Source: a virus
Lineage: Duplodnaviria; Caudoviricetes
Virus record (IMG/VR): IMGVR_UViG_3300048599_000868
Span: 1-38,203 of that record
Reading direction: 5' to 3' (one strand)
DNA length: 38,203 bases
This document shows positions 1-9,428 of this stretch, one piece after another (positions within the stretch are counted from its first letter, which is position 1; each line of letters begins with the position of its first letter). Below the pieces are notes generated by a model. That model saw nothing but the letters and a program-made list of their open reading frames with translations, was not told the DNA's origin and made no database searches. The position numbers and the translations under genes are program-made.

Positions 1-1407
1 TCATTCCCTGACCGCGATCCCCACCCAGTACCGTGCCTTGTTCGTCCGGTCCTTCTGAATACCCATATTCTGCAGATGAATCCCGAACATCCGCTGCGAG
101 TACGGGCGCTCGGAGTTCCGCTCGCACCATGCGAGGTAGGAACGGAAAAGATCGCCGGACGAAATCCGCAAATACCCCGTCGGATCGACGATACAGCATT
201 CCTGCAAGAATGAGCCGATCAAGTCCATCTCGTCCTGGTATTCATTCGTCGCGAGCCGTACCTCCTCCGGTTCCCCGAGGCGTTCCTTTTGCCATCGAAT
301 ACAACCCTCGACCATCCAGTTGAGAATCCCCTTATGCTCCTTCCTGAGCTTCTCCATGAGATCCGGATCACGCTCCTCGTACGGAATGGTCACGGTAAAC
401 GGGATGAGCTTGATTCGCCGCCATATACCATGGTCGTTTCCCCGGATCACCGGCTTGTGGTTGGTCGCCATGAATATCTTGAACGTCGGCAGGAAGTCGA
501 AATACTCGCCATAGAGGAATCGCGCGGTCATCATATCCTGTCCGGTCACCTGCTTGATGAGCGGTTCGCTCATCCGCTTTCCTTCCTCGGCCTCGACCGT
601 CGTCACGAAACGCGTCCCCCGAAGACGCGCTATATCGTTCGAGATGCCGTCACCATGTTTCTTCATGAACGTCTCGGTCGGCGTCGCCATTGAGTACTCG
701 CCCATGATCTCCATGATAGTATTGATAAAAGTACTTTTACCGTTCGCTCCCGACCCATACAGAATGAACATAACCTGCTCACTCATGTCCCCCGTCATTG
801 CCCATCCGACGGCCTTTTGAAGGAAGTAGATCAACGGGGCGTTGCCGTTCATGATACGGAGAAGGAAGTTATACCATTCCGGGCACTGTTCGCCCCGGTC
901 AAACGAGACGGCCGCGCACTTGGTAATAAACCTCTCCCGCATCGGCGGATTCAGCTCGCCGGTACGGAGATCGAGCGTTCCATTCCTCACGTTCAGGAGA
1001 AAGGGCTCTCGATCGACTTGTGCGGGAAGTATCCGCACCGAACGCTCAAGGCTAGCGCTCTCCACAAGCGCCTGCCGCCTCCGCAAGGATTCGCATTTCA
1101 CGAGATGCTTCACGAGCTCGACCGCGCGCTGATGATCGCTGATCCGGGTAACGCGAAGGAACATGCTTCGAAGGAATTCCTTCGCGAGCGCGAAAATCTC
1201 TCCGCAGTCGTCTGGCCGCCAGGTATTCCCGTCCCAGATGAGCCATTTCTTCCAGGGCATGCAGTATTTAATCTTCTCGCGGTATTCGTTTACGAATAGT
1301 TCCGCGTTGGTGAGATCGGTAAATTGTTCCTTACCCGCGATGAGATCGTCCAGTTTAAGCTGGAGCGCGTCATACATCGTCGCGAGTTCCTTCTCTTCGT
1401 CGGTCAC
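1..1407 (-). CDS. Phage/plasmid P4-family D5-like SF3 helicase (D5_N + NTPase + C-terminal winged helix); no N-terminal primase domain
   Basis: D5_N-like TDLTNAELF..WLIWDG..W; Walker A GSGANGKST; LIKQVTGQD..ARFLY; ATNHKP..DHGIWRR. Confidence 0.9.
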   Translation of the reverse strand: MTDEEKELATMYDALQLKLDDLIAGKEQFTDLTNAELFVNEYREKIKYCMPWKKWLIWDGNTWRPDDCGEIFALAKEFLRSMFLRVTRISDHQRAVELVKHLVKCESLRRRQALVESASLERSVRILPAQVDREPFLLNVRNGTLDLRTGELNPPMRERFITKCAAVSFDRGEQCPEWYNFLLRIMNGNAPLIYFLQKAVGWAMTGDMSEQVMFILYGSGANGKSTFINTIMEIMGEYSMATPTETFMKKHGDGISNDIARLRGTRFVTTVEAEEGKRMSEPLIKQVTGQDMMTARFLYGEYFDFLPTFKIFMATNHKPVIRGNDHGIWRRIKLIPFTVTIPYEERDPDLMEKLRKEHKGILNWMVEGCIRWQKERLGEPEEVRLATNEYQDEMDLIGSFLQECCIVDPTGYLRISSGDLFRSYLAWCERNSERPYSQRMFGIHLQNMGIQKDRTNKARYWVGIAVRE

Positions 1408-1706
1408 AGAAACCCCCGGTCCTTAAGCGCAAGATAGTATTTTTCATACCTCTTCTCGAAGTCGACGCACGGTCCGTCTCCGGTATGCGCCTCGCGATAG
1501 AGTGTCACGAGCGAGCCCGGCTTTTTCGCGTATTCGTCCTTGAGGATAAAGACCATGGCCGAAAGAACCTTAAAGGGAAATTGCCGCGCCATCTTCTCAT
1601 AGCACATCTCGTAAAAACGGCAATCTTCCTGTTCTTTACGAACGAATGCCTTGAGGCGCGATACCTGCCAACTATACGGGTTACCCCTTCTTCTTCGAGC
1701 GGTCAT
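1404..1706 (-). CDS. Hypothetical protein (~100 aa) coupled to the helicase gene
   Basis: ATG at 1706 overlaps the upstream stop (ATGA) and has a purine-rich SD. Its stop overlaps the helicase start (GTGA). Confidence 0.65.
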   Translation of the reverse strand: MTARRRRGNPYSWQVSRLKAFVRKEQEDCRFYEMCYEKMARQFPFKVLSAMVFILKDEYAKKPGSLVTLYREAHTGDGPCVDFEKRYEKYYLALKDRGFL

Positions 1707-1993
1707 GTCCCTTCCTCTCGCACAAAAACCCTTACCGCGTCCCCGCACGCGGATCGCTCATCTACGAAGGTCACGAAAACCCAGAGGCGCCACCAGCCTG
1801 CCTGATCGACTTCATTCCCCGTCAAATCGTGCGACACGACACCCCTTCCCTGATCGCTCACGAACGCGGGAAAGTACCCACGCGTCCCGTCGGGCTTCTC
1901 GTACCGGATCTCGCAGGATAAGACGTCCGAAAGAGCGGTTCCGGTACGGGCACTGATTCGCAATGCGGTCTGCCCCGCGAAAATCGACGTCAT
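1703..1993 (-). CDS. Small virion protein, BppU N-terminal-like beta-sandwich
   Basis: Pattern IRYEKPDG...DQAGWWRLWVFVTF resembles baseplate upper-protein domains; ATGA coupling on both sides. Confidence 0.5.
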   Translation of the reverse strand: MTSIFAGQTALRISARTGTALSDVLSCEIRYEKPDGTRGYFPAFVSDQGRGVVSHDLTGNEVDQAGWWRLWVFVTFVDERSACGDAVRVFVREEGT

Positions 1994-3513
1994 ACCAACG
2001 TACTCCTTATTTCGATCTCCCTTGTAATCCTCGAAACGAATACAAGTTCCTCTTTCTTCAGGATCATCCGGGGAAGCATTCGCTCGAGAAAATCAAACGC
2101 GCTATCGACAAAACGTGAGAACCAGATTCTCCGAACGGTTTCGCCTTGCGGCTGAGCATTAGAAATGCAGAATCGTATTAATTGCTGTACGATTCCCGAT
2201 GACCTTGTAACATCGAACACATCGGTCAGTGTTCGAAGAAACGAAAAGACAGTCTGTTTTATCTCGTCCACAGAGACGGAATCGCTACCCATCCGGTTGA
2301 CACCGATACACCTGTTTACGATATGTTCGGCGCCAACCGACGCGGGAGCTGCTCGCGCGATGCCAGCGCGTCTGGCCGCAGTGCCCGTTACTCCCGCGTT
2401 GCCCGCGCACGTTCTCGTATAGTTCACGGAGCTCGTATACGAGAAATACGCGCTCATGATGACGCTCCATACATCACCGTAATCGCTGAATGTCTCAGGT
2501 ACATCGGTAAAGGTATCGGTCCACATTTTCCGGAACGTCCCGGCAACGTCATAGTACGTGTTGATACCGTATTTCGCGTTATAGCCGTACCAGAAGGTCT
2601 CCCCGGCCGCGATCGCGCGCGATAGAGTAAATGTCGAAGGCACCCATCCGCCGGTTGTCCGATCCAGATCGACGATCGTCTCATTCCGCGAAACCCTAGT
2701 CCCCGGGAAATTGGATACATCAGAATACAGAACAGCCTGTCCGTCACAGTCATTGGACATGTACGAGTAGATATAGGAGGTGCAGATTCCCGCGATCGCG
2801 CTCGCCGCGGTGAACTTGCTCAATCCCATCTGGCAATCGAGGTAAAACGGTTGCGGATCACCCTCCCCATACCAGTCAATCGTATTGAGCGCGCCCCGTG
2901 TCTGCGTGCCGATCACTGGATCGACGACGACGGGATACGCGGCGTCGGCAAGCCAGTCATCCGGAATCGTCACGGACATCGACCGACCGTTTATCTCAAG
3001 TTTTCCCCAGACTTCACGTCCCCGCGCGTCCCGGATTCTCGGCCGATAGATATGGCAAAACTTCCCCGTCTTGTATCTGCCGTTCCGCTCCTTCCAGTAC
3101 ACGGCGTAACTATCGAGAACCTCAGGAGCGCACCGAAGGCCGTGCCTTCGCGCGGCATCTTCGGATGGCTGCCGGAAGAACTCGAGACCGTCGGGAACCG
3201 TAAGGTCGATCGAGACAACATTCGTTTCGGGCTCCCGGAGAAGCACCACGTCATATTCAAAGCGGTCGCCGTCGAGTCGCCTGAAAACGTGGTGCGTCTT
3301 CGGGGTTTCTTCCGGCTTCAGAAGAATCTCATTTCCCCGAACATACGTTTTTCCCCGGTAGTCACCTTCCGTTCCGAAGGCAAGCGACACCGAGCCGGAC
3401 CACCTCGAAAGCGAGAAGAGGGAATCCTTTCCCGTGAGCCGAACGCGACAGGGTGAATCCCTGACCGATTGGTCAAGGAATAGCGAGGAGCGATCTTGCT
3501 GGAATCTACCCAT
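1990..3513 (-). CDS. Putative tail fibre / receptor-binding or baseplate protein
   Basis: 507 aa; N-terminal domain ending in WLADAAYPVVVDP; Thr/Ser/Tyr/Gly-rich beta middle region; lies among tail-like genes. Confidence 0.45.
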   Translation of the reverse strand: MGRFQQDRSSLFLDQSVRDSPCRVRLTGKDSLFSLSRWSGSVSLAFGTEGDYRGKTYVRGNEILLKPEETPKTHHVFRRLDGDRFEYDVVLLREPETNVVSIDLTVPDGLEFFRQPSEDAARRHGLRCAPEVLDSYAVYWKERNGRYKTGKFCHIYRPRIRDARGREVWGKLEINGRSMSVTIPDDWLADAAYPVVVDPVIGTQTRGALNTIDWYGEGDPQPFYLDCQMGLSKFTAASAIAGICTSYIYSYMSNDCDGQAVLYSDVSNFPGTRVSRNETIVDLDRTTGGWVPSTFTLSRAIAAGETFWYGYNAKYGINTYYDVAGTFRKMWTDTFTDVPETFSDYGDVWSVIMSAYFSYTSSVNYTRTCAGNAGVTGTAARRAGIARAAPASVGAEHIVNRCIGVNRMGSDSVSVDEIKQTVFSFLRTLTDVFDVTRSSGIVQQLIRFCISNAQPQGETVRRIWFSRFVDSAFDFLERMLPRMILKKEELVFVSRITREIEIRSTLV

Positions 3514-4064
3514 CAGGAACCCGTAAAGGTAATTTGCCAGTCCACCTGAAGGGTATCGACGCTCGTCACGTTCGCCGCAGGCGTTATCTGGGCGTACGCG
3601 AGGGATATCGCCCCCGCCGTATTGCCATTCAGGAGACAGGCTTCGTTGATCCCGTTCGTATTGAGCTTACCTGCCTCGAAACTCGCCCGGTAGGTAAGCA
3701 CATTGTCCCCGGTCGAACCGAACGCGGCGCCCCGTACGGGATACCCCGCATCAAGGGCTTCCATCGAACCGGTTGCGGTATTGCACCGGGTGTTCGTCTT
3801 TGGGCTGCTTCCCGTCCATCCCGTCCCCACCTGGATATACCCCGTCGCCGAGGTAATCTTCGTCAGGGTCGGTGTGCCAAGAAGGAGATCGGCAATCAAG
3901 CCTTCCCCCTGCCGGGTTATCGTATTATGGTGACGCGAAATCATCGGCTTCCCGGGAATCCCGAGTAGCCTCCTGAAAAAGCCGGGCTCCTGCCGTTTCA
4001 CTGATCCGTCCGGCGCAATGACGCAGACCCTCACCTTCCCTTTCAATCTGTATTTTGCCCTCAT
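3513..4064 (-). CDS. Tail-collar/baseplate-like structural protein
   Basis: HNTIT..G..LIA..YIQVGTG...INEACL...DTLQVDWQITF matches tail-fibre attachment domains; AAGGAG SD upstream. Confidence 0.55.
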   Translation of the reverse strand: MRAKYRLKGKVRVCVIAPDGSVKRQEPGFFRRLLGIPGKPMISRHHNTITRQGEGLIADLLLGTPTLTKITSATGYIQVGTGWTGSSPKTNTRCNTATGSMEALDAGYPVRGAAFGSTGDNVLTYRASFEAGKLNTNGINEACLLNGNTAGAISLAYAQITPAANVTSVDTLQVDWQITFTGS

Positions 4065-4074
4065 ACGTCTCTCC

Positions 4075-4488
4075 TTATCTCGCCAGTCCGTAGAAAAGCA
4101 ATCCGCCGAGTATTACGGCGGTTTCAACGATCGCGCAGGAACGCCACGCGATTCGCTCACCGTCGATTCGTGTGGCTTCCTTTCGCCAGCTTTCCGCGAT
4201 GCTCTTCTGGACCGCGATCTCGCCTGAGTCCTCGGCGGCGACCTCGCGCGCGGCTTCCTGCGCCGTCCGCTCGATCTCCTCGTCGGCGTCAGTCAGTATG
4301 TTGCTCATCAACTCTGCGACCTCCTGCCGTGAGAATTCGGTTTTTGACCCGAGAAGCGAATCGATTTCTGCCTGCGTCAACGGCGTCGCCCACGCCCTCG
4401 TAGCGTTCGGCAACTGTACGAGCAGGAGTAGCGCGCACAGCGTCCACAGCTTCCTGTCGTTTTGATCCGGCCAGTGCGGTAAAATCAT
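4075..4488 (-). CDS. Putative exported/membrane protein (signal-like N-terminus, coiled coil, C-terminal TM); spanin-like candidate
   Basis: From ATG 4488: RKLWTLCALLLLVQLPNATRAWA, acidic helical middle, C-terminal AIVETAVILGGLLFYGLAR. Start uncertain (shorter alternative at 4308). Confidence 0.5.
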   Translation of the reverse strand: MILPHWPDQNDRKLWTLCALLLLVQLPNATRAWATPLTQAEIDSLLGSKTEFSRQEVAELMSNILTDADEEIERTAQEAAREVAAEDSGEIAVQKSIAESWRKEATRIDGERIAWRSCAIVETAVILGGLLFYGLAR

Positions 4489-4624
4489 CGTTCTTTTTCT
4501 CTCCCCGGATTTCTCCTGATCGTCCTTTCTTCGAAAAGACAGTAAGCGCGAGAAGCAGAATCGCACCAGCGCCTACGGCCATTCCGGCAAGGAAACTCTT
4601 TGCCTTTTTCATGAACTCTTTCAC
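4289..4624 (-). CDS. N-terminally membrane-anchored protein, i-spanin-like candidate
   Basis: KKAKSFLAGMAVGAGAILLLALTVFSKK TM segment then soluble helical region; directly after a holin-like gene; GGAG SD. Confidence 0.55.
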   Translation of the reverse strand: MKEFMKKAKSFLAGMAVGAGAILLLALTVFSKKGRSGEIRGEKKNDDFTALAGSKRQEAVDAVRATPARTVAERYEGVGDAVDAGRNRFASRVKNRILTAGGRRVDEQHTD

Positions 4625-4902
4625 TCAATCTCCCCTCCTGATGGGCGTCCACCCCTCATCTGCGCGAGCACCTTCAGCCCGACAATACCGAAGAGCACTG
4701 AGACCATCACCGCGAACCAAACGCCCTCGCCGATCTTGTCCGTCACGAGAAGCCAGGTCGCAAGGTAGAGACAGAATGGCTTGAAGCCGATCATCTTCGA
4801 GGGAAGCGCGAGCAGGCGTTTGCCCAAGATCGCGAGGTGCTCTCTGAAGGTGTAATCGCATACTTCGCGGTATCCCGTTTCCTCCGTTTGTTCTCTCACC
4901 AT
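4621..4902 (-). CDS. Holin-like small membrane protein
   Basis: 93 aa with two hydrophobic segments (FCLYLATWLLV; VWFAVMVSVLFGIVGLKVL); adjacent to the endolysin. Confidence 0.55.
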   Translation of the reverse strand: MVREQTEETGYREVCDYTFREHLAILGKRLLALPSKMIGFKPFCLYLATWLLVTDKIGEGVWFAVMVSVLFGIVGLKVLAQMRGGRPSGGEIE

Positions 4903-5474
4903 ATTTCCGGTTTCTCCTTCACCGCATTCGCGGCCACTACGAACGCTCCGAACTCGGGATCGATGCCGAATAGGTCTTCTCCCGCTTTCTCTCCCTCGTC
5001 AAGTGCCTTCCGGTTCAATCCGCGGATTACCATCTCGCACCCCATGAGCGAGTACGAATGGCGCATTGAGCTCGTAAGCCGGATGTCCGCCCTCGGTTCC
5101 ACGACGTTCATGACGACGCCTTCATGGATCACCCCTGCGACGTGGACAACCTCGCCGCGTTTCGCGAGCCGGTCACCGTGCTGCCGGTCATACTGCGTCA
5201 CGAAGAACACCGCCTGGATGTCGTCGATCTCCGGGTTCTTCACGGTGAAGTATTTCTTGAAAAGCCCGTCGGCGGTTGTCCTGATAATCCTCCCCGTCGC
5301 GGCGGCGATCGCCAGGCACACGGCGCCCGAGCAATCCGCGCCCGACGGCAACTCCTTTCCCCAGAGGTACGGGCTTCGGTACTGGAGAAGGAGAAAGTAC
5401 ACGTACTTCTCGCGTTCTCCCATTTCCCCGAATTGCCGTTCCTCGACCTCGAATATCTTTTTCCAATTGATCAC
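4896..5474 (-). CDS. NlpC/P60-family peptidoglycan endopeptidase (endolysin)
   Basis: PYLWG..GADCSG catalytic Cys motif, RTTA, HVAG His. Confidence 0.8.
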   Translation of the reverse strand: MINWKKIFEVEERQFGEMGEREKYVYFLLLQYRSPYLWGKELPSGADCSGAVCLAIAAATGRIIRTTADGLFKKYFTVKNPEIDDIQAVFFVTQYDRQHGDRLAKRGEVVHVAGVIHEGVVMNVVEPRADIRLTSSMRHSYSLMGCEMVIRGLNRKALDEGEKAGEDLFGIDPEFGAFVVAANAVKEKPEIW

Positions 5475-5480
5475 GTCGGC

Positions 5481-5795
5481 TTAACTCCTTTTCGTGAGCG
5501 TCATCACGATCGTAAACACGCACATCGCGGTGGAAACGCATACCGCCCAAATCGAAACGGCAAGGCTTTTCCCGCCTTTGTGCCCTGAAATATGGCTTTC
5601 AACGAGACGGGCGGTCGCGCAGACGGTAGGGTTCTTCTGGCATTCCACCTGGTCATTTTCGAGCGCGGTAATCCTCGTAAGCGTGTTTTGCTTGAATTCC
5701 CGCATCTCTCCCCTGAATTCCTGCATATCGGATCGAAGTCCGTTCATCACGGAGACCGTCTCTGCGATCAGTTTCCGGTCCTCTTCGTTCATCAT
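5481..5795 (-). CDS. Holin/XhlA-like protein (coiled coil plus C-terminal TM)
   Basis: Heptad-like LRSDMQEFRGEMREFK..RITALE; C-terminal hydrophobic LAVSIWAVCVSTAMCVFTIVM; directly upstream of the endolysin. Confidence 0.55.
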   Translation of the reverse strand: MMNEEDRKLIAETVSVMNGLRSDMQEFRGEMREFKQNTLTRITALENDQVECQKNPTVCATARLVESHISGHKGGKSLAVSIWAVCVSTAMCVFTIVMTLTKRS

Positions 5796-7330
5796 TCCTC
5801 CTCAAGAAAGAACGTGGCATGAAACGCCTCACGCGCTTTGTACCGCAGTTCCATCTCGACAATCTCCGCACGGTCGGATACCAGTCCGTTCGGCAGTCTC
5901 ACCGCCACGGCGGCCCCGACGCGCGCGTGAAAGACGCCGCGGTTCGTCTTCAGGAAGAAGCCCTTCCGTGCCCGCACGAGTTTCGAGAGTAGTCTCGACG
6001 CAAACGCCCGGTAGTATGGAATCCCGTCGCGAAGGCTCTCCGACAGGTAGGGTGTCGTGATGTTCTCCGCGACCGTTCCGTTCAGGGCAACTTCGGCGGG
6101 TTCGTCGATGTAGTGAGAAAAGCTTGTCTCTCCCGCGATCGCATCGCCCGAGATCGTCGCCGAAAGCAGCACGGTATCCGTTTCCGTTCCGAGCCGTACG
6201 CCAGCCCGATCGCGGCGCGTGGTCACGTCATACGCAAGGACCCGTAGGGGCGGTCCCGAAGTCACGATCTTCGCGGCGAACTCATCCTGGGAATCAATAT
6301 TCTCCGCGTAGACGACCGCAAGGCTCTTCCCTTCTGCTGTTTTCACGGTATAGTGCGCGTCGTTTCCGGCGTTTTCGATTGCCCGCTTTTCCCCGTCGAC
6401 GACGAAGGGAAATGTCGGTACCAGTCCGCCGGTGTAGAGTACTGGCGGGTCGGTATAGTGCCAGAGTTCGGCATTCGAGAATTCGCGATACCGTGTCCAG
6501 CGGAGTCTGATGGTATTCCGGTATTGATCACGCAGGTCATGCATGCGGATATGGGTCACGTTCGATGAATCGAAGGTGTACTGAACCTCGTCATCGGTGT
6601 TCACGAAGACGAGCGGCTTTTCCATCGCGGTCTCAAGGTGTGCCCCATAAATCAACGCAACATCGGAAAGCTCGTCCCAGACCGATCGCGTTAGGTTCAC
6701 GTACGGAAGGTATTCGGTAACGGTCGAGCAGTCGATGTCACCCACGGAAAGCCCTGCCCGTCCGGCGATCAGGTGCACGATGGAGCTTTCGGGAAACTCC
6801 TTGTCGCAGATACGCGCATGGACGATCACCTCTGGATTGGTCCAGTCTTTTTCTTTGTCAGTTTCCTTGAGCCTATTGGCGAGGTCGACTAGACCGACAG
6901 TGCAGACGCGCCCCATATAGCCGGTCGCGGTTTGCTGAAATCCGTTATCGTCCACATAGAGGAGGAATCGCTTCACGAACGGAATGTCATTCCCCGTCGT
7001 GTACGAGATCTGCACCATGCGTCCCGGCCGGAGGTTTCCGAGTCCGTCCGCCTGAGCGGGTCCGTTGTACTTGTTATAGTCCGGCCGGTAAGCGTCAAAG
7101 AACCGGGGACAATATGAGCCCGTGGTATTGTCGAGAATGAGGGTTCCCCGCGTCACAGTCCCCCCGGTTTTCTCTTTCAAGCTCGTCACGACGAGTTCGA
7201 GTATGTCGCTTTCGGGTATGGGTACGTATTCGCCTATACCGGCAAAGTCGAAGGCTGTCTGGACGCGGACTTTTGTGTGTCCTTCGGCTATGGCTTCGTT
7301 GAGCCGGTCTTCGACGGTGTAGAACATCAT
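5792..7330 (-). CDS. Putative tail tip / baseplate hub-like protein (~512 aa)
   Basis: ATG 7330 overlaps the upstream stop (ATGA); hub-like layout (LILDNTTG..., SVWDELSDVA..., RVGAAVAV..AEIVEMELRY). Confidence 0.45.
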   Translation of the reverse strand: MMFYTVEDRLNEAIAEGHTKVRVQTAFDFAGIGEYVPIPESDILELVVTSLKEKTGGTVTRGTLILDNTTGSYCPRFFDAYRPDYNKYNGPAQADGLGNLRPGRMVQISYTTGNDIPFVKRFLLYVDDNGFQQTATGYMGRVCTVGLVDLANRLKETDKEKDWTNPEVIVHARICDKEFPESSIVHLIAGRAGLSVGDIDCSTVTEYLPYVNLTRSVWDELSDVALIYGAHLETAMEKPLVFVNTDDEVQYTFDSSNVTHIRMHDLRDQYRNTIRLRWTRYREFSNAELWHYTDPPVLYTGGLVPTFPFVVDGEKRAIENAGNDAHYTVKTAEGKSLAVVYAENIDSQDEFAAKIVTSGPPLRVLAYDVTTRRDRAGVRLGTETDTVLLSATISGDAIAGETSFSHYIDEPAEVALNGTVAENITTPYLSESLRDGIPYYRAFASRLLSKLVRARKGFFLKTNRGVFHARVGAAVAVRLPNGLVSDRAEIVEMELRYKAREAFHATFFLEEE

Positions 7331-8097
7331 GCAGGGGTCACCCACTCGCCTTTTGCATTTCGCACGGTAATGAGGCATTCTCCGTCGACGCGGAAACGCC
7401 TGACGACGAGGATTTCCTCGGCATTGTCGGTGTTTGCGTTGAACGAAAGGAGTACCAGCCTCGTCAGGGTTACACGAAGAAGGTCGCCGAAGGTCAGGGT
7501 AACGAGGTTGAAGTTCCGGCAGTCGTTGAGTTCGTCACTTTCTTTCAGGGGGTAATGCAGCTGGAGTACGGTTGAGATGGCGTCGCCGAATAGGCGCGTC
7601 AGGGAAAAGCGGTACATATTGGTAGAGGGTTTGCCGTCAAGGATGATGTCGTTGTCGAAGAAGGAGAGGGTTTGGTTCTGTTCCCAGGGGATATCGGGAG
7701 TCTGGTAGTCCCAGTCGGCGGCCTCCTCGCCTTCCATGTCGAGTCTTACATAAAGGGCTTCGTCGCGGTCGGCGCGGACTTCCCATCCGGTAAGGATGAG
7801 GCTCTGGTAGATGCGCTTTTCGACGATTCTGTTAAGGTACAGGATAAAGGTGTGTTCCGAGCCGAGCCGGAGGAGTCCGGCTATCGCCAGGAGGGATGAT
7901 CCGCAGACGCGGGTCACGACACAGCCCAGGACGGCGAAACCACCGCGGACGAGGCCGATCGGCATGATGTAGCCGACTAATGGGTCAAGTTCAGCCCATT
8001 GGGTTTCCTCTCGGAGAGTCTCAAGAGTATAGGGGATGGCGGTGAGTTCGTCGTTCCGGGAGAGGGTTATCGTGCATTCCGAGCCGAGTATGTACAT
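7327..8097 (-). CDS. Putative tail-tube-like structural protein
   Basis: 256 aa beta-rich ORF with GGAGG SD; first gene of the tail/lysis block; fold call is inference from position and size. Confidence 0.4.
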   Translation of the reverse strand: MYILGSECTITLSRNDELTAIPYTLETLREETQWAELDPLVGYIMPIGLVRGGFAVLGCVVTRVCGSSLLAIAGLLRLGSEHTFILYLNRIVEKRIYQSLILTGWEVRADRDEALYVRLDMEGEEAADWDYQTPDIPWEQNQTLSFFDNDIILDGKPSTNMYRFSLTRLFGDAISTVLQLHYPLKESDELNDCRNFNLVTLTFGDLLRVTLTRLVLLSFNANTDNAEEILVVRRFRVDGECLITVRNAKGEWVTPA

Positions 8098-8117
8098 GGA
8101 TGGCCTCCATGTAGCAC

Positions 8118-8184
8118 ACGGTATCAGAAGAGATTATTCTCGGGATGGGCTATTTTTTCGACAGGAATGGGTCTGTTGTAGAAA
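8118..8184 (-). promoter_or_regulatory. Phage promoter copy 1: palindrome TTTCGACA-N13-TGTAGAAA plus extended -10 (TG-a-TACCGT)
   Basis: 8143-8166 is 22/24 identical to 35182-35205, with the same spacing to the -10 as the copies at 33.9 kb and 35.2 kb. Confidence 0.75.
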
Positions 8185-8283
8185 GAAACCTAAAAAACGA
8201 CCTTATTTGCTTTATTTTCAAGCTAAATGTCCACAGTCTTAATAGTATCAGTATTGCATAGATTCAGTTGAGGGCGAAATTTA

Positions 8284-9081
8284 TCACACGCTTACTATTG
8301 TAAGTGTTTTTCCATATGATCCGAGATTTATTATTTCTTCACTTGCCCATACAGAACTTCGGCATTCGAACCAGTCGGATAACCGAACATCTGTCTTTGT
8401 CACAATACCTGACGGGTGTGTCGAGGTATCACAAAGTGAAGCCGTACTAGTCTCCTTCGGTACTTTCCAACCCTTTCGAGGAAAAACCATTTCAGGTATG
8501 CGTTTCATCTTCTCGGACAAAAAACAGTAATCAATTACCCCATTTGAACTAACAATGATACCTATCTTTGTTTCTGCCAAAGTAACATAGCGTATTGCAG
8601 TAGATGTGAGTGATGTTTGGCATAATTCAGCCATTTTAGAAATTCCGTCATACCCTGGTTCATACTTCCATAGACAATTCCTGAACCAATCCTCTGGCAT
8701 CAGTAGATTTGAAGCGAATAAATCTGCTTGTCTTTCAAAAATATCACCAGTTGGATTTCCTGCTGATGACTTATGAATTTCTGAACTCGAGAACATGGAA
8801 TCAGTGTGTCCTTCGAGAAAAAAATGTCCAAGTTCATGTGCGATGCTAAAATGCTCATAACCCCGGTTATTCAAACGAACTGCATATGAAATCCCAAAAT
8901 TATTACCCGACATTAAAAGCATTCCCGAAACACCTTGTTCTTCCTGCTCCATAGGGAAAACAGAAATTTCGTTTTTCTTTGCGACAATAATAGGGTCAAC
9001 AGGAAAAGATTCTATTGAATTGTCCACAAGAACTCGTTTGGCTACTTGTGGAATTATAGAATCATCAAGTGTCTTTTTCAT
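8284..9081 (-). CDS. ImmA/IrrE-family zinc metallopeptidase (CapP-like)
   Basis: FSIAHELGH (HExxH), ERQADLFASNLLMP, TSLTSTAIRY; ATGA overlap with the upstream HTH gene. Confidence 0.9.
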   Translation of the reverse strand: MKKTLDDSIIPQVAKRVLVDNSIESFPVDPIIVAKKNEISVFPMEQEEQGVSGMLLMSGNNFGISYAVRLNNRGYEHFSIAHELGHFFLEGHTDSMFSSSEIHKSSAGNPTGDIFERQADLFASNLLMPEDWFRNCLWKYEPGYDGISKMAELCQTSLTSTAIRYVTLAETKIGIIVSSNGVIDYCFLSEKMKRIPEMVFPRKGWKVPKETSTASLCDTSTHPSGIVTKTDVRLSDWFECRSSVWASEEIINLGSYGKTLTIVSV

Positions 9082-9428
9082 TTGGTATTGGAGGAATTAC
9101 GTTCAGCAAGCATTTTTAAGAAACTTTCTGCAAGCTGTTTATCAGTATCTGTAAGATTACTGAAATCTCTGAATGCCGCATGCCCTTCAGGTCCGACCCC
9201 GGTATCGTCAGTCCTCCCCAATAGATAATCAGTTGTTACATCCAGAGCTATCGCCAATTTACGCAAATTTGCAAATGATGGCTTTCGATTTCCTGCTTCA
9301 AAATGTGCAATTGAGCTTGCAGGTAATCCTGCCTTCGTTCCTAAGTCGCCTTGCGTCAATTGTCGTAGTTCCCGAGCACTTTTCAACCGTATTGCGAATA
9401 AATCAGTATCATTTTCTTCAGAATTCAT
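9078..9428 (-). CDS. XRE-family HTH repressor (CapH-like)
   Basis: RLKSARELRQLTQGDLG..SSIAHFEAGNRKPS..LAIALDVTTDYLLG. Confidence 0.9.
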   Translation of the reverse strand: MNSEENDTDLFAIRLKSARELRQLTQGDLGTKAGLPASSIAHFEAGNRKPSFANLRKLAIALDVTTDYLLGRTDDTGVGPEGHAAFRDFSNLTDTDKQLAESFLKMLAERNSSNTK

